Assembly (NCBI GenBank): GCA_020051775.1
Contig: JAGVQJ010000048.1
Span: 2,556-66,555, forward strand
Direction: 5' to 3'
Length of the DNA: 64,000 nucleotides
From: Calditrichota bacterium
GTDB lineage: Bacteria; Electryoneota; B3-LCP
Every line of letters starts with the position of its first letter. Position 1 is the first letter of the stretch. This document shows, one piece after another, positions 56,655 through 64,000 of the stretch. Position numbers and translations under genes: made by a program. A model generated the notes under the pieces. It had not been told where the DNA came from, ran no database searches, and worked only from the letters and a program-made list of their open reading frames with translations.

Positions 56655-56790
56655 GCGTCAGATCACGCCCTTTCGGGCTAAGACCTGACGCAATCATAAG
56701 TCGGGGTCGAGGACGACCCCGACTACAGTTAGAGGCCGAGGATGACCCCGACTACGCTACTGTTGAGACTATAGACTTGAGACTTGAGGC
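56655..56790. repeat. Intergenic mosaic: GACCTGACGCA hairpin, two GTAG-type REP-like units and heptamer array
   Basis: gcgtcag...ctgacgc 56655-56691; AGTCGGGGTCG-agga-CGACCCCGACT-ac 56699; degenerate copy at about 56728; ttgagac tatagac ttgagac ttgaggc 56763. Confidence 0.7.
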
Positions 56791-59072
56791 TACTTCAGAA
56801 GCATCATTTTCTGCACGGCGCTGAAATCTCCCGTCTCCATGCGGAGAAAATACAGACCGGAGGGCAGCCTCGAACCATCGAACGCCACTTCGTGAGTGCC
56901 GACGGCTTGAGCACCGTCCACCAGCGTTGCCACCAACCTCCCGGCAGTATCAAAGACTTTCAAGCTGACGTGGCTTGTAACCAATAGTTGATAGCTGATG
57001 GCAGTCGTTGGATTGAACGGATTGGGGCGATTTTGATTCAACGAGGTGATTCCCGGCAACGTCTGGCTGTTGGAAATCTTTTCCTCAGTCTGATGATCAC
57101 GAGCAGGGGTAATACTCACCGGCGCGATGTTAGGCAATGAGTTCGCTGTGGTGACGGTCAATGTGAAACTACCCGGCTGCGTAGGCGCCGGATGGAAATT
57201 CAGCGTGACCTGGCCTGACGCATTGGTAATACCCGTGGCGTAAATATCAGCGTTCATGCCGCAGACCATGGCTCCGGGTTGTGGATTACCGGAATTCATC
57301 ACGGTGACGGCAAATGTGGAGTCACCAACTTGCAGCGTGGAGTCATGCGTCACCGTCAGCGGGTAGGGAGTCAAAGTGCGAATCATCAGCGAAGGATCGC
57401 CGAAGATATTCCAGTTTTTGAATTCGTTCTCGCCTTGAGATCCGAAGTTATCAATCATCAAGCCGGAACCGTTGAAACAGTAGCCGCCCAGGGTGAGCAT
57501 CGAATCGGCGCAGAGCAGATCCACGCCCTCATCCTGCATGTCGTAGGGCGGGAACCAAGTCTGACTGATCTTGGACATGTAGCAGCCGATGGCTCCAGTG
57601 GGAGCGCCGTTAGCGGAGTTTGTGGCGCGCATGAGCGCTTCTGCGATGCAGGTCGTATTGTGGAATTGACCCACATTGCAGGCCACCGTCACGATGTGCG
57701 GCAAACGGTTGTCATTGACCAGATAAGCGACGTTGTAGATGCTGAAGTTGGGCGGCCCGAACATGGTGGTACTGCCATGTCCGGCATAATTCCAAACGCT
57801 GCGGCCCATGTTTATATAATGGGTGATCATCTCGGTGGTGCCCCAGTTCATGTAGACCGAATCCATCTGGGTGTAATTCCAGTGCAGGAAGTTATTGGCA
57901 ATCAGGGTGATATGGTCGGTGTCGTGGGCTTCGGGGTTGCAGGGGCCGCTTAAGTCGGCGGTGCCGAACCCGAGGTGGAACCAGTCGGCGTTCGGATCGG
58001 GATATTTCTCATATCTCATAGTGCGGACGAGCTGCGTCTTCACATGGGAGTTAGTTTCGGCGGAAAAACGGCCTACAAAGATGCTCGGATACCAATCGCT
58101 GGGGCCCATCAGGGAATAGACCGGATCTGAACCCGTAGTGTAGGCCGGCACCTGGGCAGCGTCGCCCACTAGAAGAACGTACGTTAAGTCATGCGTGTTG
58201 TAGTAATTTTGTATATACTCCTTGACCTGGGTTGTGGTCGTTCCCACCTGACTGATAGGAACCATGACAGTGGGGATGCCCTTCTGGTTCTTCCAATCCA
58301 CCAGGTATTGCATTAGAGGCATGAAGGCATCATAGCAGATGACCAGCATGCCGCCGGACTCGTCCAAGACGGGATAGCGGTCGTCATCGTAATTGACGAA
58401 GTGGCGGCGATACAACTGATGAAATTGGGGATCCATCTTTTCCAACGGTTTCTGGCGCAGCAGCACATTTTCGCCACCGGGAGCCATGCGGTTAACTTCC
58501 ACTGTGACATGGGTATAAACGCGCAAGATGCGCTGAACTGGATTGTACTGGAAGGCGTTCAATTCCACGACCATGCCTCGCAGGTCTCGAACGACGTAAG
58601 GATCGCGCAGATTGACCAGCTTGCTGGGATAAAAGGCGTCCGTGCGATAGACGTCGGAGAAGGTGTAGGGCACATTTCCGGGTTCGACGTCGCGAGTCAG
58701 GTGTCCCTTCGAAGGAGCCAGATCCACATTAGGGAAATCCACATATTCGGCGCTCAGGATCTGGTAGTCCATCACGCCTTCATCGGGGATGACCAGCGAG
58801 CGGCAAAAACGCGGCAGCCTGGGGTTACCGACTTCTTCGATGGTACTCTCCTTGCGCAGCTTGTCCAGCAGCGTCCAGGTTTTGCCGTCAATGTTGATCT
58901 GTTGCTGGGAATACCCGTTGACGGTGTAATCCAGCACGGTAGACATGCCGTCTGATTGCGGGACGGTGACCGTGACTGGCTGATCAGCGCTGGTTAGAGT
59001 TACCCATTCGGCCTGGAGGACTGCCAAGGGGCAAACCAGCAGAACAAAAGCGACAATCGAACGTAATGACAT
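56790..59072 (-). CDS. Gingipain-like C25 cysteine peptidase with propeptide and T9SS-type CTD
   Basis: GNPRLP propeptide, WKNQKG, YVLLVGD, VGRFSA, catalytic NYAGHG and VACNVG, FGDPS; PNPFNP...KMMLLK. Confidence 0.92.
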   Translation of the reverse strand: MSLRSIVAFVLLVCPLAVLQAEWVTLTSADQPVTVTVPQSDGMSTVLDYTVNGYSQQQINIDGKTWTLLDKLRKESTIEEVGNPRLPRFCRSLVIPDEGVMDYQILSAEYVDFPNVDLAPSKGHLTRDVEPGNVPYTFSDVYRTDAFYPSKLVNLRDPYVVRDLRGMVVELNAFQYNPVQRILRVYTHVTVEVNRMAPGGENVLLRQKPLEKMDPQFHQLYRRHFVNYDDDRYPVLDESGGMLVICYDAFMPLMQYLVDWKNQKGIPTVMVPISQVGTTTTQVKEYIQNYYNTHDLTYVLLVGDAAQVPAYTTGSDPVYSLMGPSDWYPSIFVGRFSAETNSHVKTQLVRTMRYEKYPDPNADWFHLGFGTADLSGPCNPEAHDTDHITLIANNFLHWNYTQMDSVYMNWGTTEMITHYINMGRSVWNYAGHGSTTMFGPPNFSIYNVAYLVNDNRLPHIVTVACNVGQFHNTTCIAEALMRATNSANGAPTGAIGCYMSKISQTWFPPYDMQDEGVDLLCADSMLTLGGYCFNGSGLMIDNFGSQGENEFKNWNIFGDPSLMIRTLTPYPLTVTHDSTLQVGDSTFAVTVMNSGNPQPGAMVCGMNADIYATGITNASGQVTLNFHPAPTQPGSFTLTVTTANSLPNIAPVSITPARDHQTEEKISNSQTLPGITSLNQNRPNPFNPTTAISYQLLVTSHVSLKVFDTAGRLVATLVDGAQAVGTHEVAFDGSRLPSGLYFLRMETGDFSAVQKMMLLK

Positions 59073-59087
59073 GACTCCTCCGTTGGG

Positions 59088-59156
59088 AATTATAAATTAT
59101 AAGTTATAAATTATAAATAAACATATACTTATAACTTAGAATTTATGATTTGAGAT
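59088..59156. repeat. AT-rich heptamer arrays
   Basis: aattata aattata agttata aattata; ttataac ttagaat ttatgat ttgagat. Confidence 0.7.
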
Positions 59157-61163
59157 TTATTTAAGTAGCACCATTTTCTGTATAGCACTATAATCCCCTG
59201 CTTGTAAGCGGCAGAAGTAGAGGCCGGAAGGCAGACCAGTGGCATTCCAGGTAACCTGATGAGAACCTGCGTGGCGGAAACCGTTAGATAGGGTGGTGAC
59301 CAGTCTGCCGGAATTATCATAGATCTGCAATTTCACCTGTGAGGCAATAGGTAGATCGTAGGATAATCTTGTGACGGCGTTGAAGGGATTGGGGGAGGGT
59401 AGGTACATGAGAAATTCGTGGGGTACAGCTACACCTAGAACAGTGGTTTCCAATGGCTGCCAATTTACAATGCTGATACTGGAGTACTTAATCGTCGCAT
59501 AGTCAGGAGTTGATTCTATACAATCACTATAACCTGTAATAAATACATTCCCATTAATATCGATAGCTAAACTACGTGATTGATCGTATTGGTTTCCAAT
59601 TCCGTTATATAGTGCTACCCATTGTAAATCACCGGCATTGTTATACTTGTTCGTGGCATAATCATATGTCTCTCCTCCAGAACCCAATCCCGTTACGTAC
59701 ACGTTACCGTCTTCATCCAATGCCAGACAATAAGCCACATAAAATGCATTCCCAGGTCCACTATAGCGCGCCACCCATTGCTGTTCTCCATCGTTGTTGT
59801 ACTTGACAGTAGCACAGACAGAGTAGTAAGGATAATATTCTTGAAATGCACTTTCTCCAGTAACATAGACGTTTCCCTCTCTATCTACGGCCACGCTATG
59901 TGCTATATCATCACCATGACCGACCCAGCCATAAGTAGCCACCCACAGTTGATGCCCGGATGAATCGTATTTAATAGTCGTATAGTCCATGTTATCATAA
60001 CCTCCAGGTTGAACACAACCTCCTGTCACATAAACATTTCCATCCCTATCTACGGCTAAACCATAAGCCAAATCTTCATAATATCCCGATTCACTGTAGC
60101 GCGCAATCCATTGTTGCTCTCCAAATGAATTATATTTGATCGTGGCATAATCCGGATTAACTGGACCACCGTAGCTAAATCCCGTTACATAGGCATTGCC
60201 ATTTTCATCAACAACCAGACTTGAGGGAATATCGTAGCCATTTACTGGCCCATCGTAGCGCGCTTCCCATAATTGTTGTCCGGCGGCATTATACTTAACC
60301 GTGGCATAATCATACATTGTACCAATTCCCATACTTTCCCCCGTAACATAAACATTTCCAATATTGTCTACTGCCACACTCTTGCCAATATCCCCACCAT
60401 TACCCGGTCCATTATAGTGTGCTACCCACAGCTGATGCCCGGTCGCGTCGTATTTTATTGTGGTGTAATCATCGTGAGTCTCAGTCCTAGAACTATATCC
60501 TGTAACAATTATATTCCCATCTCCGTCTAATACCAGCTTGTTAGCCACATCAACTCCATTTGCTGATCCGTTGTAACGGGCTTCCCATTCTTGTTGACCA
60601 GCTGCGTTGTATTTGAAAGTAGCATAATCCCCCGATGTTGCACTACCCCAGCTACCACCCGTTACATATACGTTTCCATCCAAGTCTGCTGCCAGACTCG
60701 TACCAAAATCCCAATAATTTGCAGTCCCATTATAACGTGCTGCCCAGTGCTGTGTCACACCACACCGTAAAATTTGCTTCTGGAACAGTAATTCGTCTTG
60801 CGCCCAAACGGTATTAGGATAGGAACCAACATAAACATGCAGAGTGTAATAACCCACCTGTGCAGACGCGTATATTAATTCCTGGCGCTCCCAACTGATA
60901 CTTTGCCCAGGAGGGAGTAACTGTGTAATAGGACCATAACCCGGTCCAGTAATTACACTAGGTTTAATCACTTTGCCCCAGACATCAATGCTTTGCAGCA
61001 TGGAACCAAGGTTGGTTACAGTTACACGGTATGAAATCGTACCCCCTGTATCTGGCAGGACGGTGGCAGAGAGCGGAACCAGCTCCACAGAGAAGTTCTG
61101 GCAGAAACTCAAACGCGTCATTCCCAGCGTAAAAACAAAGACGTAAACAAGATACGGTTTCAT
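59157..61163 (-). CDS. SBBP-repeat seven-bladed beta-propeller protein with N-terminal shared domain and T9SS-type CTD
   Basis: Repeats of D..GNVYVTG.S...DY.T.KY...G.Q.W.A.Y; start MKPYLV after GGAGG; PNPFN...KMVLLK. Confidence 0.88.
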   Translation of the reverse strand: MKPYLVYVFVFTLGMTRLSFCQNFSVELVPLSATVLPDTGGTISYRVTVTNLGSMLQSIDVWGKVIKPSVITGPGYGPITQLLPPGQSISWERQELIYASAQVGYYTLHVYVGSYPNTVWAQDELLFQKQILRCGVTQHWAARYNGTANYWDFGTSLAADLDGNVYVTGGSWGSATSGDYATFKYNAAGQQEWEARYNGSANGVDVANKLVLDGDGNIIVTGYSSRTETHDDYTTIKYDATGHQLWVAHYNGPGNGGDIGKSVAVDNIGNVYVTGESMGIGTMYDYATVKYNAAGQQLWEARYDGPVNGYDIPSSLVVDENGNAYVTGFSYGGPVNPDYATIKYNSFGEQQWIARYSESGYYEDLAYGLAVDRDGNVYVTGGCVQPGGYDNMDYTTIKYDSSGHQLWVATYGWVGHGDDIAHSVAVDREGNVYVTGESAFQEYYPYYSVCATVKYNNDGEQQWVARYSGPGNAFYVAYCLALDEDGNVYVTGLGSGGETYDYATNKYNNAGDLQWVALYNGIGNQYDQSRSLAIDINGNVFITGYSDCIESTPDYATIKYSSISIVNWQPLETTVLGVAVPHEFLMYLPSPNPFNAVTRLSYDLPIASQVKLQIYDNSGRLVTTLSNGFRHAGSHQVTWNATGLPSGLYFCRLQAGDYSAIQKMVLLK

Positions 61164-61368
61164 GCCTACCTCCAACAATAATTTGAATAATCGGGATAAG
61201 ATCCACCGATTTCAGATTTCCGCACCTAATGATCCCGGCAGACGGCTGCGCCAGGTAGTGGCCACTATGTGGGAGAGACAACAGCACCGGACGGCCCCGA
61301 AAAATCCCCCCACCCCCCCTTTCCGCCAGTAGGCGGACCCTTATGGGGAATAAGGGGGGACAATAAGG

Positions 61369-61412
61369 AATATAGTGAAATAAATCGCCAAAGTCAAGTG
61401 CAAATTTTTGCA
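61369..61412 (-). promoter_or_regulatory. Promoter TTGACT-17-TATATT with upstream palindrome TGCAA-N4-TTGCA
   Basis: -35 at 61392-61397, -10 at 61369-61374, palindrome at 61399-61412. Confidence 0.65.
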
Positions 61413-61425
61413 TAAGCAAAAAAAA

Positions 61426-61528
61426 GTGTCCGGTCACCGCTTCGCTGAAGACCTGACACAACCTTATAAGGTGGCAGACGAGGACGTCTGCCACCACTTT
61501 AATAGCCAAACCCTAAACCTCAAACCCT
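61426..61528. repeat. Intergenic mosaic: GACCTGACACA hairpin, GTGG REP-like unit and heptamers
   Basis: gtgtccggtc...aagacctgacaca 61426-61460; GGTGGCAGACG-agga-CGTCTGCCACC-ac 61470; aaaccct aaacctc aaaccct 61508. Confidence 0.65.
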
Positions 61529-62600
61529 AAAACCGTTTCGTATATCCGTGGCAATACGGCGTGTGGCCGTTGTTGTCGTAGTAATCCTGATGGTAATCTT
61601 CAGCCTTCCAGAAAGCACCGGCAGCAGCGACTTCGGTTGCGACGTTTAAGCCCTTGTCCTTCAACAGGCCGATCAGCTTTTGAGTGACCTGCTTCTGGTT
61701 TTCGTTTACATAGAAAACCGCGGAACGGTACTGGTCGCCCACGTCGGGACCCTGGCGATTCACCTGGGTGGGATCATGGAGTTCGAAGAAGAGCCGCGCC
61801 AGGGTTTCGTAGTTGGTTTTCGAGGGATCGAAGACCACTTCCATGGTTTCGGCGTGGCCGGTTTTGCCGGTGCAGACCTGCTTGTAGGTGGGATTCTGTG
61901 TATGCCCACCCATGTAACCAACAGTCGTCGAAATCACTCCATCCGCTTTCTGCATGTAATATTCCACTCCCCAGAAGCAACCCCCGGCGAAGTAGGCCTT
62001 TTCGGTTTTCACCGGTGTCTCCTGACTCGCGCCCATGATTGCGGGCAACGTGGTTCCAGCAGGCGCGAAAACCATGGAGATGGAATTCACGCAATGGCGT
62101 GTGTTCTTTTCCGTGAATCCTTCACCAGTGAAAATGTGCCCTAAGTGCGCGCTGCAGTTAGCACAAAGGATTTCGGTGCGCGATCCATCCGCATCAACAT
62201 TCCGCTTGACCGCTCCGGGGATCTCGTCATCGAAGCTGGGCCATCCGCAGTGGCCGTCGAATTTATCCTGGGAACGATACAAAGGCGCATTGCAACGCCT
62301 GCAAATGTAAGTGCCCTTTTCATAAAATTTATCGTACTTTCCGGAGAAAGGTCGTTCTGTACCCTTGTTGAGGATGACCCTCGCTTCGTCCGGACTCAGT
62401 TCATTGTATTTCATCGCCTTATCCTTGGATATTGGATTAGTTTGAGAATGCCGCACAGAATCTGAGATTTCACCGCGATCCTTGCCCACCGACTGCTTAT
62501 TCGTGCGAAAGAATCCCGTGAATATCAATGCGGCCAGAACCAGGAGCATTATCATGATGCCGGTGATTCCCCTGTTTTTAAGTGATTCGTTTAAATCCAT
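61527..62600 (-). CDS. msrAB: Bifunctional methionine sulfoxide reductase MsrB-MsrA with N-terminal membrane anchor
   Basis: MsrB: GTERPF, CGWPSF, HLGHIF, RHCVNS. MsrA: AGGCFWG, GHAE, AEDYHQDYY. Confidence 0.94.
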   Translation of the reverse strand: MDLNESLKNRGITGIMIMLLVLAALIFTGFFRTNKQSVGKDRGEISDSVRHSQTNPISKDKAMKYNELSPDEARVILNKGTERPFSGKYDKFYEKGTYICRRCNAPLYRSQDKFDGHCGWPSFDDEIPGAVKRNVDADGSRTEILCANCSAHLGHIFTGEGFTEKNTRHCVNSISMVFAPAGTTLPAIMGASQETPVKTEKAYFAGGCFWGVEYYMQKADGVISTTVGYMGGHTQNPTYKQVCTGKTGHAETMEVVFDPSKTNYETLARLFFELHDPTQVNRQGPDVGDQYRSAVFYVNENQKQVTQKLIGLLKDKGLNVATEVAAAGAFWKAEDYHQDYYDNNGHTPYCHGYTKRF

Positions 62601-62785
62601 AGGAGGCTCCTTTCTACATATTAAATACGTAAAGTGCCTTGTTGGTTTCAGGTTAATGGCATATAAAGGTTATTATTAATTGAAGTTAAGCTGTTTACTG
62701 AGTTGCGAGAAATTGTTTCGAGCGTCGGTTCATCAATGTGAATATATTATCATTAATAAAATCCGTCCGGAATTGAAAAAATGAC

Positions 62786-62814
62786 TTGATTTAGGGTAAA
62801 TTATTCGTTATATT
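62786..62814 (+). promoter_or_regulatory. sigma70 promoter TTGATT-17-TATATT
   Basis: -35 at 62786-62791, -10 at 62809-62814. Confidence 0.6.
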
Positions 62815-62959
62815 AAATAATTAGGAAAACTATACAGCGGAATCAATCGTATTACTCTGCGTTAGACTCTCCGCTCTGATTAGCTTTATTTTGCAACGTT
62901 AACTCCAAAAACCATAAGCAGAAACCATCAACCCTCTTCCAACTTAACTGGGAGCCGAC

Positions 62960-64000
62960 ATGTCAAGAACAATGAAATTGTTTCTGGTCCTGCTGTTGAT
63001 CGCGACAGTATTCAGCTCTGTCTCGATCGTTTCAGCACGAAGTAACGAAAGGATTATCCCGGTTTCAGGGTCCGATATCACCTTGAAATTGTGGGATGAA
63101 GCCGGTGCTACTTATTATGACATCACTAAAAATGGACAGACTTTACGCACAGCTCGTGCCGATTACCAATTGGGCCTAAGCCCAACTCATTTTGATCCAC
63201 TGCAGGGCGTCCCGACTGCCCCGGTAGATATGTCAGCGAATTCGAATATGCGCCTATTTATCGTGCAATTCGTGACGCAGCCGCTGCCGGAATTCCAGAA
63301 CGAAATCTCCTCACTGGGCGGCATCGTGCGTCAGTACTTGGCGTCGTTTGCTTATCTGGTGGAGATGGATCAGATTGCCGCGGCCAAGGTGGCTCAACTG
63401 CCGTATGTGCGCTGGATGGGCGCCTATCAGCCGGTTTATCGTTTGGATCCGCAGATTCTGGATCGCTTCAACGTTTCCGGATTGAATTTCCCGGCAGTAC
63501 GCTACAACGTACAGGTGCTGGACGTACTGCAAAAAGCAGTCGTGGCTGAGCGCATCGCCTCCTTGGGTGGTGTTCGCGTCTGGGGTGATGCGGGCAAATT
63601 CATCGTCGAAGCCGATTTGACTCCGCAGCAGCTCTTAAAGGTCGCAACCTGGGACGAAGTCAACTGGATAGACCCCTGGGGACCGTATTCGGCGGATATG
63701 GACATTTCGCGCGAGATTACGGGTGTGAATTATATCGAATCCCTGACAGGGTACTCCGGTGAAGACGTGCGCGGCGAAATTTTCGATGGCGGCTGCCAGA
63801 ACGGCCACGTGGATTTCCAACACGCACCGATCATTGATCATACGACGCATGGCATTGACGCTCACGGCACGGCCTGCATGGGCGTTAATTTCGGCAATGG
63901 AACCGGACAGGCTATGGGTCGTGGCATTCTGCCGGATGGACAGGGCATTTTCGCCAGCTACAACGTCACCGGCTTAAGTGGCACCAACCGCTACAACAAT
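62960..64000 (+). CDS. S8 serine peptidase (Kp43-like), runs off the window end
   Basis: Not in the ORF track. Manual translation MSRTMKLFLVLLLIATV...FDPL...LFIVQF...LPYVRWMGAYQP...GYSGEDVRGEIFDGG...AHGTACMG shows the catalytic D and H motifs. Confidence 0.85.
   Translation, partial: MSRTMKLFLVLLLIATVFSSVSIVSARSNERIIPVSGSDITLKLWDEAGATYYDITKNGQTLRTARADYQLGLSPTHFDPLQGVPTAPVDMSANSNMRLFIVQFVTQPLPEFQNEISSLGGIVRQYLASFAYLVEMDQIAAAKVAQLPYVRWMGAYQPVYRLDPQILDRFNVSGLNFPAVRYNVQVLDVLQKAVVAERIASLGGVRVWGDAGKFIVEADLTPQQLLKVATWDEVNWIDPWGPYSADMDISREITGVNYIESLTGYSGEDVRGEIFDGGCQNGHVDFQHAPIIDHTTHGIDAHGTACMGVNFGNGTGQAMGRGILPDGQGIFASYNVTGLSGTNRYNN

Noticed and set aside
56699-56756. CRISPR array
   Set aside because: Only two degenerate adjacent units, no unique spacers and no cas genes; REP-like instead. 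The 44033-44108 repeats are rejected for the same reason.
57279-58955. Long antisense ORFs (224 aa, 184 aa) opposite the C25 gene, and similar ones opposite other genes
   Set aside because: Typical stop-poor antisense frames of GC3-rich genes, with no motifs or RBS.
60985-61509. 174-aa ORF upstream of and overlapping the SBBP gene
   Set aside because: It runs through hairpins, the promoter and G-tracts, overlaps the real CDS out of frame, and has no protein-like features.

Overview
Chromosomal window from an anaerobic, diderm, probably deep-branching FCB-group bacterium. The lineage is inferred from ten secreted proteins ending in a PNPFN...K(M/L)xLxK T9SS type-A-like C-terminal sorting domain (CTD). 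The most striking element is a 9-gene minus-strand cluster (28220-40651). It centres on a hexaheme cytochrome that follows the Geobacter OmcS nanowire subunit motif for motif, including the His16 inter-subunit heme ligand. It also encodes NHL and YVTN beta-propellers, a beta-barrel with an inserted discoidin-like domain, two CsgG/PelC-like proteins, a PpiC chaperone, and 26-heme and 16-heme cytochromes. This looks like a complete omcS-companion nanowire assembly locus outside Geobacter. It is transcribed divergently from a group 3b [NiFe]-hydrogenase operon across a spacer with several TGTGA-N6-TCACA-like boxes. Other content: housekeeping genes (rpiB, murQ, trmB, msrAB, amrS), a complete pho/pst locus with Pho boxes, a frameshifted CHASE4-PAS histidine kinase, and a secretome of CTD proteins (M10, S8, C25 proteases, beta-helix and beta-propeller proteins). 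Seven of the CTD proteins share an unrecognised ~110-aa domain, and three of their promoters share a positionally fixed palindrome. Heptanucleotide arrays sit directly after stop codons and inside CTD coding sequence, and REP-like hairpins form mosaics. There is also a candidate sRNA. No rRNA, tRNA, CRISPR array, transposase or integrase was recognised. All calls are from reading motifs by eye; no database searches were run.
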